Source: the human T2T-CHM13v2.0 reference genome, Homo sapiens. Taken from it: DNA of 64,000 nt. The notes beneath the pieces were generated by a model. That model was not told where the DNA came from and made no database searches. It saw only the letters and a program-made list of their open reading frames with translations. Below are positions 18,593 through 29,805 of the stretch, in pieces. The stretch lies in NCBI RefSeq assembly GCF_009914755.1, contig NC_060930.1; one strand, 5' to 3'. The position numbers were made by a program, and so were the translations under genes. Numbering within the stretch: the stretch's first letter is position 1; every line of letters begins with the position of its first letter.

Positions 18593-20435
18593 TGAGTCTC
18601 GAACTCCTGACCTCAAGTGAACCATCTGCCTCAGCCTCCCAAAGTGCTGGGATTACAGGCATGAGCCACGGTGCCTGGCCAGTTATTTTCTTATATCAAG
18701 CAAAAGTTAAAGGTTATGTTCACTACAAATAATTTTAAGAAATTAAAATTTTTGGCCAGGCACGGTGGCTTATCCCTGCAGTTTGTAATCCCTGCACTTT
18801 GGGGGGCCGAGGTGGGTGGATCACGAGCTCAGGAGTTCGAGACTAGCCCGACCAACATGGTGAAACCCCGTCTCTACTAAAAACACAAAAATGAGCCGGA
18901 CATGGTGGCGCATGCCTGTAATCCCAGCTACTCAGGAGGCTGAGGCAGGAGAATCACTTGACCCCAGGAAGCAGAGGTTGCAGTGAGCAGAGTTAGTGCC
19001 ACCGCACTCCAGCCTGGGCAATAGAGTGAGACTCCGTCTCAAAAAAAGAAAAAAATTAAAAATTTTTAATTGTTTTTCATTTGTGGAAAAAAAATTGGAA
19101 TATTTAAAATTTTGATTATATTGCTATTATATATTTATATAAGTTGATCATTTGCATATTTAATTTGAGACATTATAATATATACATAAATAAAACTAAA
19201 AGTTAGCAAATATAGTTGTGAAGTTAAATATTGATATATTTTTAAAATGTTAATTTAACTTTTAACTTAAAAATTATTTAGGGTTTCTTAACCCAGTAAT
19301 GAATAAAAAGAGCGTGCTTTATACATGTTCTTTTTAAAATGTTAAAGCACATATATACATATAGTATGTTAACATATATATTTGTGGTATTAAAATTTCA
19401 TGGAGAGAGGGCAGTTAGGAAAAAAGTATCTTAAAAGCCTACTTGGGGGGTGATTATGAAGAGTTGAGAAACAGAAACATTGTGTAGGGGTCTCTCTTGG
19501 TAGGAGAATTTGGGATGGCAAAATGTCGATTGGATGGAAATGACCCTACTGGATGAAGATATGCCAGCTTACACCTAGAGGATTCCATGGTATTTCCCTT
19601 CACTCATTTCTGTGGTGTTTTCTCTTATATTTTTGAGCATCTACTACTTACAAGGCTCTATGCTAGATATACTAGTAGGAGACAGGCTGGAAGTTGAATA
19701 GGGTGACCCAGACAATACACACATGCAGAGGAAATACTTTCTACTTTTACAGTTCTTTAGTCTAATTGGAAAGAGATGATAGAAACATGGAAAGTTCATT
19801 CATTTAGTAAGAATTAAATGTAAATTCAAGGTAAACATAATGTAATATTTGGCTTATTGCTAAAAATTTCAGTTTACCTATAATATTCTATGTGTTTATT
19901 TTATAATGTCCTGTTTGTGTAGTGTTTTTAGCATTCTATGGTACTTTGTACGTATAGTATATAATCATTGTCTAATATCAGAGCTTTAGCTCTGAGGCCA
20001 GGATATGAAAGGAAATAATATAGGTTATTGTTTTGGGGGAATCTGGCTTCTGCCTCTTCGTGTGTTGTGTTGAGGGAAAATAATACTAGGATTGGGGAAA
20101 CAGTCAAGGCTATAGAGTGTGTCTGGGAAGCCTAGGACTGTAATTTCTGAATCCCGAGTTTGGCGGTCTCTTTCGCCTTTCTGGAAATCTGGCAACCATT
20201 TACAGAGACAATGGAATATACTTTCTTTTGGGTCTTTTAGAGCATGTCCATTGGATATTGTAACTCAAAAGAGGGCCTCAGCCTTGCAAATCACCTCACA
20301 TCCTGGCCTTTTGGCTGCACCGTGTTATCAGCTGGGCTTTGAAGCTGGTCGTTAAGAGGACTTCTGCATGCTTTAGGTGGTGGTTTGGCTTCTTTGTTCC
20401 TTCCACTGCCATTCACCTGTATTTTTATTTTATAG

Positions 20436-20522
20436 GTGTCTCTGCCAACAGACTCATGGGTGGTGCCATGCAGCTTACCTTCCGCAAGATGGCGTTTGAC
20501 TATTACCCTTTCCATTGGGCAG
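20436..20522 (+). CDS. BLTP3A: BLTP3A coding exon (G)VSANRLMGGAMQLTFRKMAFDYYPFHWA
   Basis: ttttatag| acceptor, CAG|gttagg donor, 87 nt phase 1/1; follows a 19.3 kb intron. Confidence 0.92.
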
Positions 20523-21057
20523 GTTAGGAAAACTCTGAATGGGGCCAATTCTCGCATAGCCCAAAATATTGAGGGCAGATTCCTGGATTCATCCCTGACC
20601 GCTTAACAGGAGGTTGCCAGAGATTGCAGTGCATGCTCAGAGGGGTGCTGGAAATATCCCTCTTCAAGAGGACGTCTGGAAACTTGCAGGTTCCACTATT
20701 GATGATTCTTTATCAGTAATGAGAGGAAGTGAGTAGGGGAGATATCTAGTGCCTGAGATATTGCTTTTGATTCTACTCTCAGCCCCTCACTTCCACTAGT
20801 GTTAGAGCCTCTCCAGTAGTCCATAGTCAAATATGGCAGCAGTCAACAGCTTGCCTTTAGGGAGCCTTTGAGAAAAATCACATATGGAACCCAGAAGAAT
20901 GTGCAACCTATCATTGGATAATTTTTCCTTATCCTAGAGATTTCTGCACTGTGGGTGAGGAATCAGATTCTGAACTATGACTATACTGACAGAAAGGAAA
21001 AATTGGAACATTCATCATGATCTTGGGCTAAAATCTTTTCACTTCTTCGTTGCACAG

Positions 21058-21228
21058 GTGATAGCTGCAAACATTGGGTACGCCACTGTGAGGCCATGGA
21101 GACCCGAGGCCAGTGGGCCCAGAAGCTGGTGATGGAATTTCAGAGCAAAATGGAGAAGTGGCATGAAGAGACGGGTCTGAAACCACCCTGGCACCTTGGA
21201 GTAGACTCTCTCTTTCGGAGAAAAGCAG
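21058..21228 (+). CDS. BLTP3A: BLTP3A coding exon (G)DSCKHWVRHCEAMETRGQWAQKLVMEFQSKMEKWHEETGLKPPWHLGVDSLFRRKA
   Basis: tgcacag| acceptor, CAG|gtgggt donor, 171 nt phase 1/1, open frame. Confidence 0.93.
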
Positions 21229-21608
21229 GTGGGTTATGAGGAACTGGAAGACTCCAGTTGCTTAGCCTCTTGCCATTTATCTTTGAATAACAGTGGAGAT
21301 AAAGCAAGAACTAGCTAATTATCCCAGCTGTATGTAATGGAGAGACATCAGTGACTTTTTTCTTTACAGAGACCTCTTTGACTCCAGGGATAGCCACAGT
21401 GTTGATGTCATGTCATCATTTCTATTCAGTAGACTGTTGCCTTGGTCTTAAGAATAATATCATTTTTGAGTTCATCCAGGAGCTAGACAGTGTTAAGCTC
21501 TCTTTCCTACATATAACATTAATGATCTTAGGATTTTTACTTTCCTTATTCTATTAGTAATGAGAGTTGAATGTATCTGATTCTTTTTCCCACCTTATTT
21601 TTATTTAG

Positions 21609-21748
21609 ATTCTCTTTCCAGTCCTCGAAAGAACCCTCTTGAGAGAAGCCCCTCTCAGGGCAGACAGCCTGCCTTTCGGCCTCCAGCATGGAACCGCTTA
21701 CGCTCTAGCTGCATGGTGGTACGGGTGGATGACCTGGACATCCACCAG
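21609..21748 (+). CDS. BLTP3A: BLTP3A coding exon (D)SLSSPRKNPLERSPSQGRQPAFRPPAWNRLRSSCMVVRVDDLDIHQ
   Basis: ttatttag| acceptor, CAG|gtgagg donor, 140 nt phase 1/0. Confidence 0.93.
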
Positions 21749-22147
21749 GTGAGGACATGAGGAAACATGGTTGGAAAGAGGTGGAGCAGTTTACTTGGAA
21801 GGCAGCTGGAACAGTATAAACAAAGTTTTGGAATTTGGGGACTATTTACCTCACTTCTGGGAAGATTAATAGTTTGGTCTGTTTCTTTCTGAGCATGGCT
21901 GGTGAGATCAGGACTTGGGAATTCCCCCAGTTTTACTGTGAATGCTCTGCTTTGAACCTCCCGCTGAAAAAACTAACTCGCGTATAGTGCGAGGCAGGTG
22001 TGAGAACACCTGGAATATATGTGAAAGACACTGTGTTCCCTGTGACAGACTTCAGAGGGATGGTAGAGGCTTTATGCTTCCTAAGCAGAAATGGAGGGCT
22101 GCTCTAAGTTTGATTGTTGATACTAACAAAAAGTTGTGATTGTTTAG

Positions 22148-22289
22148 GTTTCCACCGCTGGACAGCCAAGTAAAAAGCCATCTACACTCCTTTCCTGCAG
22201 TCGGAAACTTCACAACCTCCCTACCCAGGTCTCTGCCATTCATATTGAGTTCACAGAGTATTACTTCCCAGATAATCAGGAGCTTCCAG
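22148..22289 (+). CDS. BLTP3A: BLTP3A coding exon VSTAGQPSKKPSTLLSCSRKLHNLPTQVSAIHIEFTEYYFPDNQELP
   Basis: tgtttag| acceptor, CAG|gtaagc donor, 142 nt phase 0/1. Confidence 0.93.
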
Positions 22290-22542
22290 GTAAGCATCTA
22301 GGCTGGCTATTTTTCTGTCTAGCTCATGCTTTTCCCATTTGTCAGCCTTGGGGCCACTACGTATATTTTTATTTGTTGTTAGGAGTTTTCAGTGTTTGAG
22401 TTAATTTAGCACACTTTTGTTAAACACTCTGCCCTGTATAAATGTGTACCTTTGCTCTGTTCGTAATATAGTTAATATTAGGTAGTAAGAGCCTAGCTAT
22501 TGCTTTTTACAGGATGTTTCTTTTCTTCCCTCTGCTTTCCAG

Positions 22543-22736
22543 TTCCTTGTCCTAATCTCTACATTCAGTTAAATGGTCTGACATTTACTATGGATCCTGT
22601 CAGTTTGCTCTGGGGAAACCTCTTTTGCCTGGATTTATACCGCAGCTTGGAGCAGTTCAAAGCTATCTACAAGCTGGAAGATTCAAGTCAGAAAGATGAA
22701 CACCTGGACATCCGACTAGATGCATTCTGGTTGAAG
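22543..22736 (+). CDS. BLTP3A: BLTP3A coding exon (V)PCPNLYIQLNGLTFTMDPVSLLWGNLFCLDLYRSLEQFKAIYKLEDSSQKDEHLDIRLDAFWLK
   Basis: ctttccag| acceptor, AAG|gtgagg donor, 194 nt phase 1/0; lies within ORF 22500..22802. Confidence 0.93.
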
Positions 22737-22942
22737 GTGAGGGGAGAGTGTGACTTTTATCCCCTGTTAGTAGCCACAGCTGCATTTTTCCAATGGATAT
22801 AATCCATGGTTTTGCTCTGTCCATTTTGTGGAAGTAAGAAAATAGTTTCACAGCCCAAAGGATCTTTTACATGTGTATTAATAGTGGGATGCTGAGATAC
22901 TCAGATGACCATTCTGAATTGTGTTTCATTTTCTCTGTGAAG

Positions 22943-24390
22943 GTGAGCTTTCCACTGGAAAAGAGAGAGCGGGCAGAGTTGCATCGTCCCCAGGCCCTTG
23001 TCTTCTCTGCGTCAGGCATGATTGCCACCAATACACGTCATGCTCCACATTGTAGTTGTTCAGACCTCCAGAGTCTCTTCCGGGGTTTTGCTGCTGCTGA
23101 GTTCTTTCATTCCAATTATGATCACTTTCCTAAGGTTCCAGGTGGCTTTAGCCTTCTGCACATGCTTTTTTTGCATCATGCCTTTCAGATGGATTCCTGC
23201 CTGCCTCAGCCTAATACCCTCCCTCCCCAGAGACCTAAGGCTTCCTGGGATCTCTGGTCTGTCCACTTTACCCAGATCTCCTTGGACTTTGAGGGAACAG
23301 AAAACTTCAAAGGCCATACCTTGAATTTTGTAGCCCCCTTCCCCCTGTCCATTTGGGCCTGCCTACCCCTCCGCTGGCAGCAAGCCCAGGCACGGAAGCT
23401 TCTTTTGGCCTCAGAGGGGAGGCTGAAACCATCAGCCAGTTTTGGAAGTCCTGTCCAGTCTGAGGCTCTTGCCCCTGACTCTATGTCCCATCCGCGGTCA
23501 AAGACTGAACATGACTTGAAAAGCTTATCAGGACTTACAGAAGTCATGGAAATTCTGAAAGAAGGCAGTAGTGGTATGGACAACAAAGGGCCTCTGACAG
23601 AGCTGGAGGATGTAGCAGATGTTCATATGCTTGTACATTCCCCGGCCCATGTCCGCGTGAGGCTTGACCACTACCAGTACTTGGCTCTGCTTCGCCTGAA
23701 GGAGGTGCTGCAGAGGCTTCAGGAGCAGCTGACTAAGGATACAGAGTCAATGACTGGGTCTCCCCTGCAGAATCAGACAGCTTGCATTGGAGTTCTCTTT
23801 CCCAGTGCTGAAGTGGCTCTGCTTATGCATCCTGCACCCGGTGCTGTCGATGCTGACTCTGCAGGCTCAGATAGCACTAGCCTCGTAGATTCAGAGCTAT
23901 CTCCTTCAGAGGATCGGGAACTGAAGTCTGATGCCTCATCAGACCAGGGCCCAGCAAGCCCTGAGAAGGTCTTGGAGGAAAGTAGCATTGAAAATCAGGA
24001 TGTATCCCAGGAGAGGCCACATAGCAATGGAGAACTGCAGGACTCAGGTCCACTTGCCCAGCAGCTGGCAGGGAAGGGCCATGAGGCAGTAGAGTCCCTA
24101 CAGGCCAAGAAACTGAGCAGAACCCATGCCTCCAGCTCACCAGCTGCATTGAAGCCCCCAGCTGGCAGGGAGACTGCTGTGAATGGACAGGGTGAGCTCA
24201 TCCCCTTGAAGAACATTGAGGGAGAATTGTCAAGTGCTATTCACATGACCAAGGATGCCACCAAGGAGGCTCTACATGCCACCATGGACCTCACCAAGGA
24301 AGCTGTGTCCCTGACTAAGGATGCCTTCAGTTTGGGCAGAGATCGAATGACCTCCACCATGCACAAGATGTTGTCCCTGCCCCCAGCCAA
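22943..24390 (+). CDS. BLTP3A: BLTP3A large coding exon (1448 nt), VSFPLEKRERAELHRPQ...MHKMLSLPPA
   Basis: Core of the 507-aa ORF 22871..24394; ctgtgaag| acceptor, CAA|gtaagt donor, phase 0/2. Confidence 0.95.
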
Positions 24391-25369
24391 GTAAGTGGCT
24401 CTGTACCTCCTTCACTCATCCCATCTCCTTCTCCTAGTTCTGATCATTGGGTTTAAGGCCTCTTACTATGTGCATTTCTAGATTGGGAAGTACCATATAG
24501 TCCAGGAGAATGCATAGAATGGCCTATTTAATGGGCAGTTTTCAAGCCAATATTTATTGCTTCTTAGAATCAGATTATCTCCTTTTTCACTGATTCACTA
24601 TTTTTTCCCCTCAAGACAGGCCTTACCGTGTTAGCCAGGCTGGTCTTGAACTGCTGGGCTCTGCAATCCTCCTGCCTTGGCTTCCTGAGTAGCTGGGATT
24701 ATAGACACCTGCCACTGTACCCAGCTTGCTTCACTATTATTGATACAAATATGCTATATCAGAATAATAATAATGGCATATATATAATATTATTTTCAGT
24801 GGGCTTTCATCTAATTTTTTTGTTTGATTTGATCCCCACAGCAGCCTGGTAAGGTGGCCTCAGACATTTGTACCCCCAGTTTATAGCTGAGAAAACTGAG
24901 GCTTTAGAGAGGATGAGCTCATAGATATCCTATATCTTGTAAATAGAAAAGTTGTGGCTTTGGACTTGTTTTTTCTGGTACCTTATCAGTGTCTGTCAGA
25001 GTAATAGAGAAGGAAGAATTTCATCCATTCAGCAAGTATCTTGTGAGCGCTTTCTGTGTGCTGGGCTCTGTGTTAAGCGCCAGAGATAGAGTAGGGAGTA
25101 AACAGGAAAACACAGAAATGCACAGTGAGACGAGTGGAAAAGTATCGATTTTCCCATGGGTGCCTCATGGTTTTAGGAAAGATAGAGTCTAAGGGAAGTC
25201 TTTCCTGGAACACTTTGTGGTTTAGAGACCATGGTATAAAAACAGTGCATTTAGAGCTTTTGTCTAAGTGAATTATCTTAAGTGGGTCTCTAATGCCTGT
25301 GGGTGAGCTAGTACCTGCTAGGACAGACAGCAAGGAGGAAGGAGAGGAAAACTTCAAGGGTCGAGTTGT

Positions 25370-25620
25370 ATAATAATACTAGCCAACATTTACTGAGTGC
25401 CTTCTTTGCCTGACAAGACACAGTCCTAAGTACTTATAATATTGGTCCACTGGATTTTTATAATAGCCCTATAAGGCAAGTATTAATATCAATCCCCATC
25501 TCACAGATGAGGAAACTGAGGCTCAGAGAGGTAAGAAACTTGCACAAGATCACACAACTTGTGAGTGGTGGGGCAAGGATTAAAAGCCTGGACTCCTAAT
25601 CACCCAATGTGCTGCCTTTT
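25370..25620 (-). mobile_element. MIR
   Basis: MIR core CCCCATCTCACAGATGAGGAAACTGAGGCTCAGAGAGGTAAGAAACTTGCACAAGATCACACA. Further MIR relics near 1730, 24780, 35420, 57800 and 62730. Confidence 0.75.
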
Positions 25621-26071
25621 CTAAATGGAGACAAGTAAGGGAGATGGAAAAAGAGCAGAGGTGAAAAAGAGAAAAGAAAGGTGTGTGAAATGAGCCCTTT
25701 TAAAACATCAACAGTGACTTCCTAACTGCCCAAGCCCGTGGCCTTTCCTCAGTCCCCCTTCTCCTGGACTCCTCTATGGTAGTTAACATTGCTGATCAGT
25801 TCATTCTGAATATTTGTAACCCCACCCAGTTACTCTCAATTCTCTGAAGGAGTCTTCTTTTTCCTTGGCTGCTCTCTTCTTCCTTTTATCCTATAGGTGT
25901 AAATACTCCACAGGGCTAGGCTGTCCATATTCTGATCACTTTTGTCATAATTTTAATTTTTAATTTTTTTTTTTTGAGACAGGTCTCATTCTGTTGCCCA
26001 GTGGTGCGATCTCTGCTCACTGCAGCCTCGACCTCCCAGGTTCAAGTGATCCTCCTGCCTCAGCCTCCTGA

Positions 26072-26260
<189 letters not shown>

Positions 26261-26557
26261 TAAATTATAAAAATGGTTTGTGTTTATCGTGTTGACAGTG
26301 TAGGAAATAAGAGAGTAAAGAAGAAAATATAAAAATCACTTGTAACAATCCACAGATAACCACTGTTTACATTTGGGTGTATTTTCTTCCAATCTTTGTA
26401 TGTCTGCATTCATGTGTGCACTTGTGGATGGTTATGCATATAATATCCACAAATACTGTTTTTACAACAATAGGATTATATTATTTCTACAATGTTACAT
26501 GCTGCTTTATTCACTCAATGTTTTATTATGATATTTTCCCATTCATTAGGCATATGA

Positions 26558-26710
<153 letters not shown>

Positions 26711-27008
26711 TGATTTTTAATTGCTCCATTATATTCTAGTAAATTGATATATCATAATTTATTGATCCATTCCTCTATCTGGGGAGTCATTTAGTCTGTT
26801 TCCCATTTTACTCAGGTAGAACCAATGCTGTATGAAATGTCCTTATTTTTGTGAACTTTAATCTTTGGAATATTTTACATATCTAAATCTTTCTTTAGAA
26901 TAAAAACCAAAAAGTGGCTGGGTGCGGTGGCTCACGCTTGTAATCCCAGCACTTTGGGGGGCCAAGGCAGGCAGATCACGAGGCCAGGAGATGAGACCAT
27001 CCTGACTA

Positions 27009-27359
<351 letters not shown>

Positions 27360-27465
27360 TTAAAACATAGTGGCTGGGCGCGGTGGCTCACGCCTGTAAT
27401 CCCGGCACTTTGGAAGGCTGAGGCAGGCAGATCACGAGGTCAGGAGATGGAGACCATGCTGGCTA

Positions 27466-27700
<235 letters not shown>

Positions 27701-28820
27701 TCATGGAATGAGATGGGGCCTGATAATTTGCTTTTTTTTTTTATTGAGATGAAGTCTCACTCTGTCGCCCAGGCTGGAGTGCAGTGGTGTGATCTTGGCT
27801 CACTGCTGCCTCGACCTCCCAGGCTCAGGTGATCCTCTCATCTCAGCCCCCAGTAGCTGGACTACAGGCGCGCACCATCATGCCTGGCTAATCTTTGTAT
27901 TTTTTTGTAGAGACCAGGTTTTGCCATGTTGCCCAGGCTGGTCTCGAACTCCTGGATTCAAGCCATCTGCCTGCCTTGGCCTCCCAAAGTGCTGGGAATA
28001 TAGGCGTGAGTCACTGCGCCCGGCCTGAGTTTTTCTTAATTCTACCTTTAACTGTAACCTTGGGACAGTTTCTTCATCTGTAAAATGGGAGGGTGGTATT
28101 TAAAGGTCCTTAAAGGTTTCTTTTCACTGTGTTAATGCCTTTTTAACTTTATCTTCCATTGCTCTCCCTGACAAAACCTATGCTTCAGCTGGGCAGAGCT
28201 ATTATTCTTACCAGTTTCTTTTTGTTTCTGGCTGTATGCCTTTGTTTATGCCATTGCCTATAGAATACCCTCTTCTCACTTTCACAGTCCTTCAAGGACC
28301 ACCTCAAATGTTATTTCTTACTACAAAGCCACTCTTGATCCTCTTCTCCTTGTCCTTTTTCCTCTTTGATGTTGTCTAGAACTGGGGATGTCTTACTCAT
28401 CAATTTATCCATCTCCCACTCCTGCCTAGTGCCTAGTATGGTGCCTTACATACAGAAGCAACTAAATACTTATGGAATGAATGCAGGTGGCTTCAGGTGC
28501 CATTCATCAGCACCAGAGCAGTAGGTAGCTGGTCTCTTCTGAGTCTGGGATGACCTTGAATAAACTTGACATTTAATGTTGATATGAGAGCGCTGTCCAT
28601 GCAGTTAGCGATGTTGGAATAAAAAGATTCAGAAAGGCCAGTGATTGAAAAATGACTTGATCTCTTTACAGCCAGTAATAGGTAATGTCAAAGTTGTATG
28701 TTCCTAATATTGGGAACTTTATCCAGTTGTCTGAGCTGAAAGGGATGGGTATTGTAAGTGGATGGGAATAAACATGTCTCCAAAGCCACATTTGTGGTTT
28801 TTTTTTTTTTTTTTAAACAG

Positions 28821-29017
28821 GGAGCCCATGGCCAAGACAGATGAGGGGGTGGCAGCCCCAGTGAGTGGAGGTGCTGCACGACTCCGATTTTTCTCCATGA
28901 AGAGGACAGTATCTCAACAGTCATTTGATGGTGTCTCATTGGATAGCAGTGGCCCTGAAGACCGGATTTCAGTGGACAGTGATGGCAGTGATAGCTTTGT
29001 GATGCTCTTGGAGTCTG
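28821..29017 (+). CDS. BLTP3A: BLTP3A coding exon (K)EPMAKTDEGVAAPVSGGAARLRFFSMKRTVSQQSFDGVSLDSSGPEDRISVDSDGSDSFVMLLES
   Basis: T17-aaacag| acceptor, CTG|gtatgt donor, 197 nt phase 2/1. Confidence 0.93.
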
Positions 29018-29649
29018 GTATGTGGGAGCAGAGCCAGGCAAAGTTGCAGAAGTCCAGAAAGGGTTCTCTCTGCTGCCTGTATCAGACTGGCAGGGCTAAA
29101 GAGGAGCTGAGAGATGATAATATAGACATTTTCTTAATCAAGACAAAAAAAGAGAGACAGAGAAATTTTGGTGGACTTGTGGGTTTGGGTTTAATTCCAT
29201 GTTTCTAGGTTATTGGTTAATAACTGACTATATCACAGAAAGAGATTCAAACCAAAGGAGAAAGCACTAGTCTTACAGCCTTATAGCTAAGTCAGGATTA
29301 GTTTCATGGTTGGTATCAGTGGTGTGAGTGTGCTTATAGTCTTTTTTTTTTTTTTTTTTTGCCTGTGTTGTCACTGGAAAATAGGAGCTTTTTATCTGTT
29401 AATAAAATGAGAAACTTTTAGGAATTACCTCTGTAAGTTAAACTGGTTCTTTCAGTTTATTGAAATAATAGAAACTTAGGAAATGATCCTTTAAGAGTAT
29501 CTAGGCTGGGCACAGTGGCTGACGCCTGTAATCCCAGCACTTTGGGAGGCCGAGGCGGGTGGATCACTTGAGGTCGAGAGTTGGAGACTAGCCTGGCCAA
29601 CATGGTAAAAACCTGTCTCTACTAAAAATAGAAAAATTAGCTGGGCTTA

Positions 29650-29781
<132 letters not shown>

Positions 29782-29805
29782 TCAAAAAAAAGAGAGAATG
29801 TCCTA

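Noticed and set aside
22871-22942. N-terminal 24 aa of the 507-aa ORF as a stand-alone gene start
   Set aside because: Intronic sequence upstream of the acceptor at 22942; the ORF is an internal BLTP3A exon.
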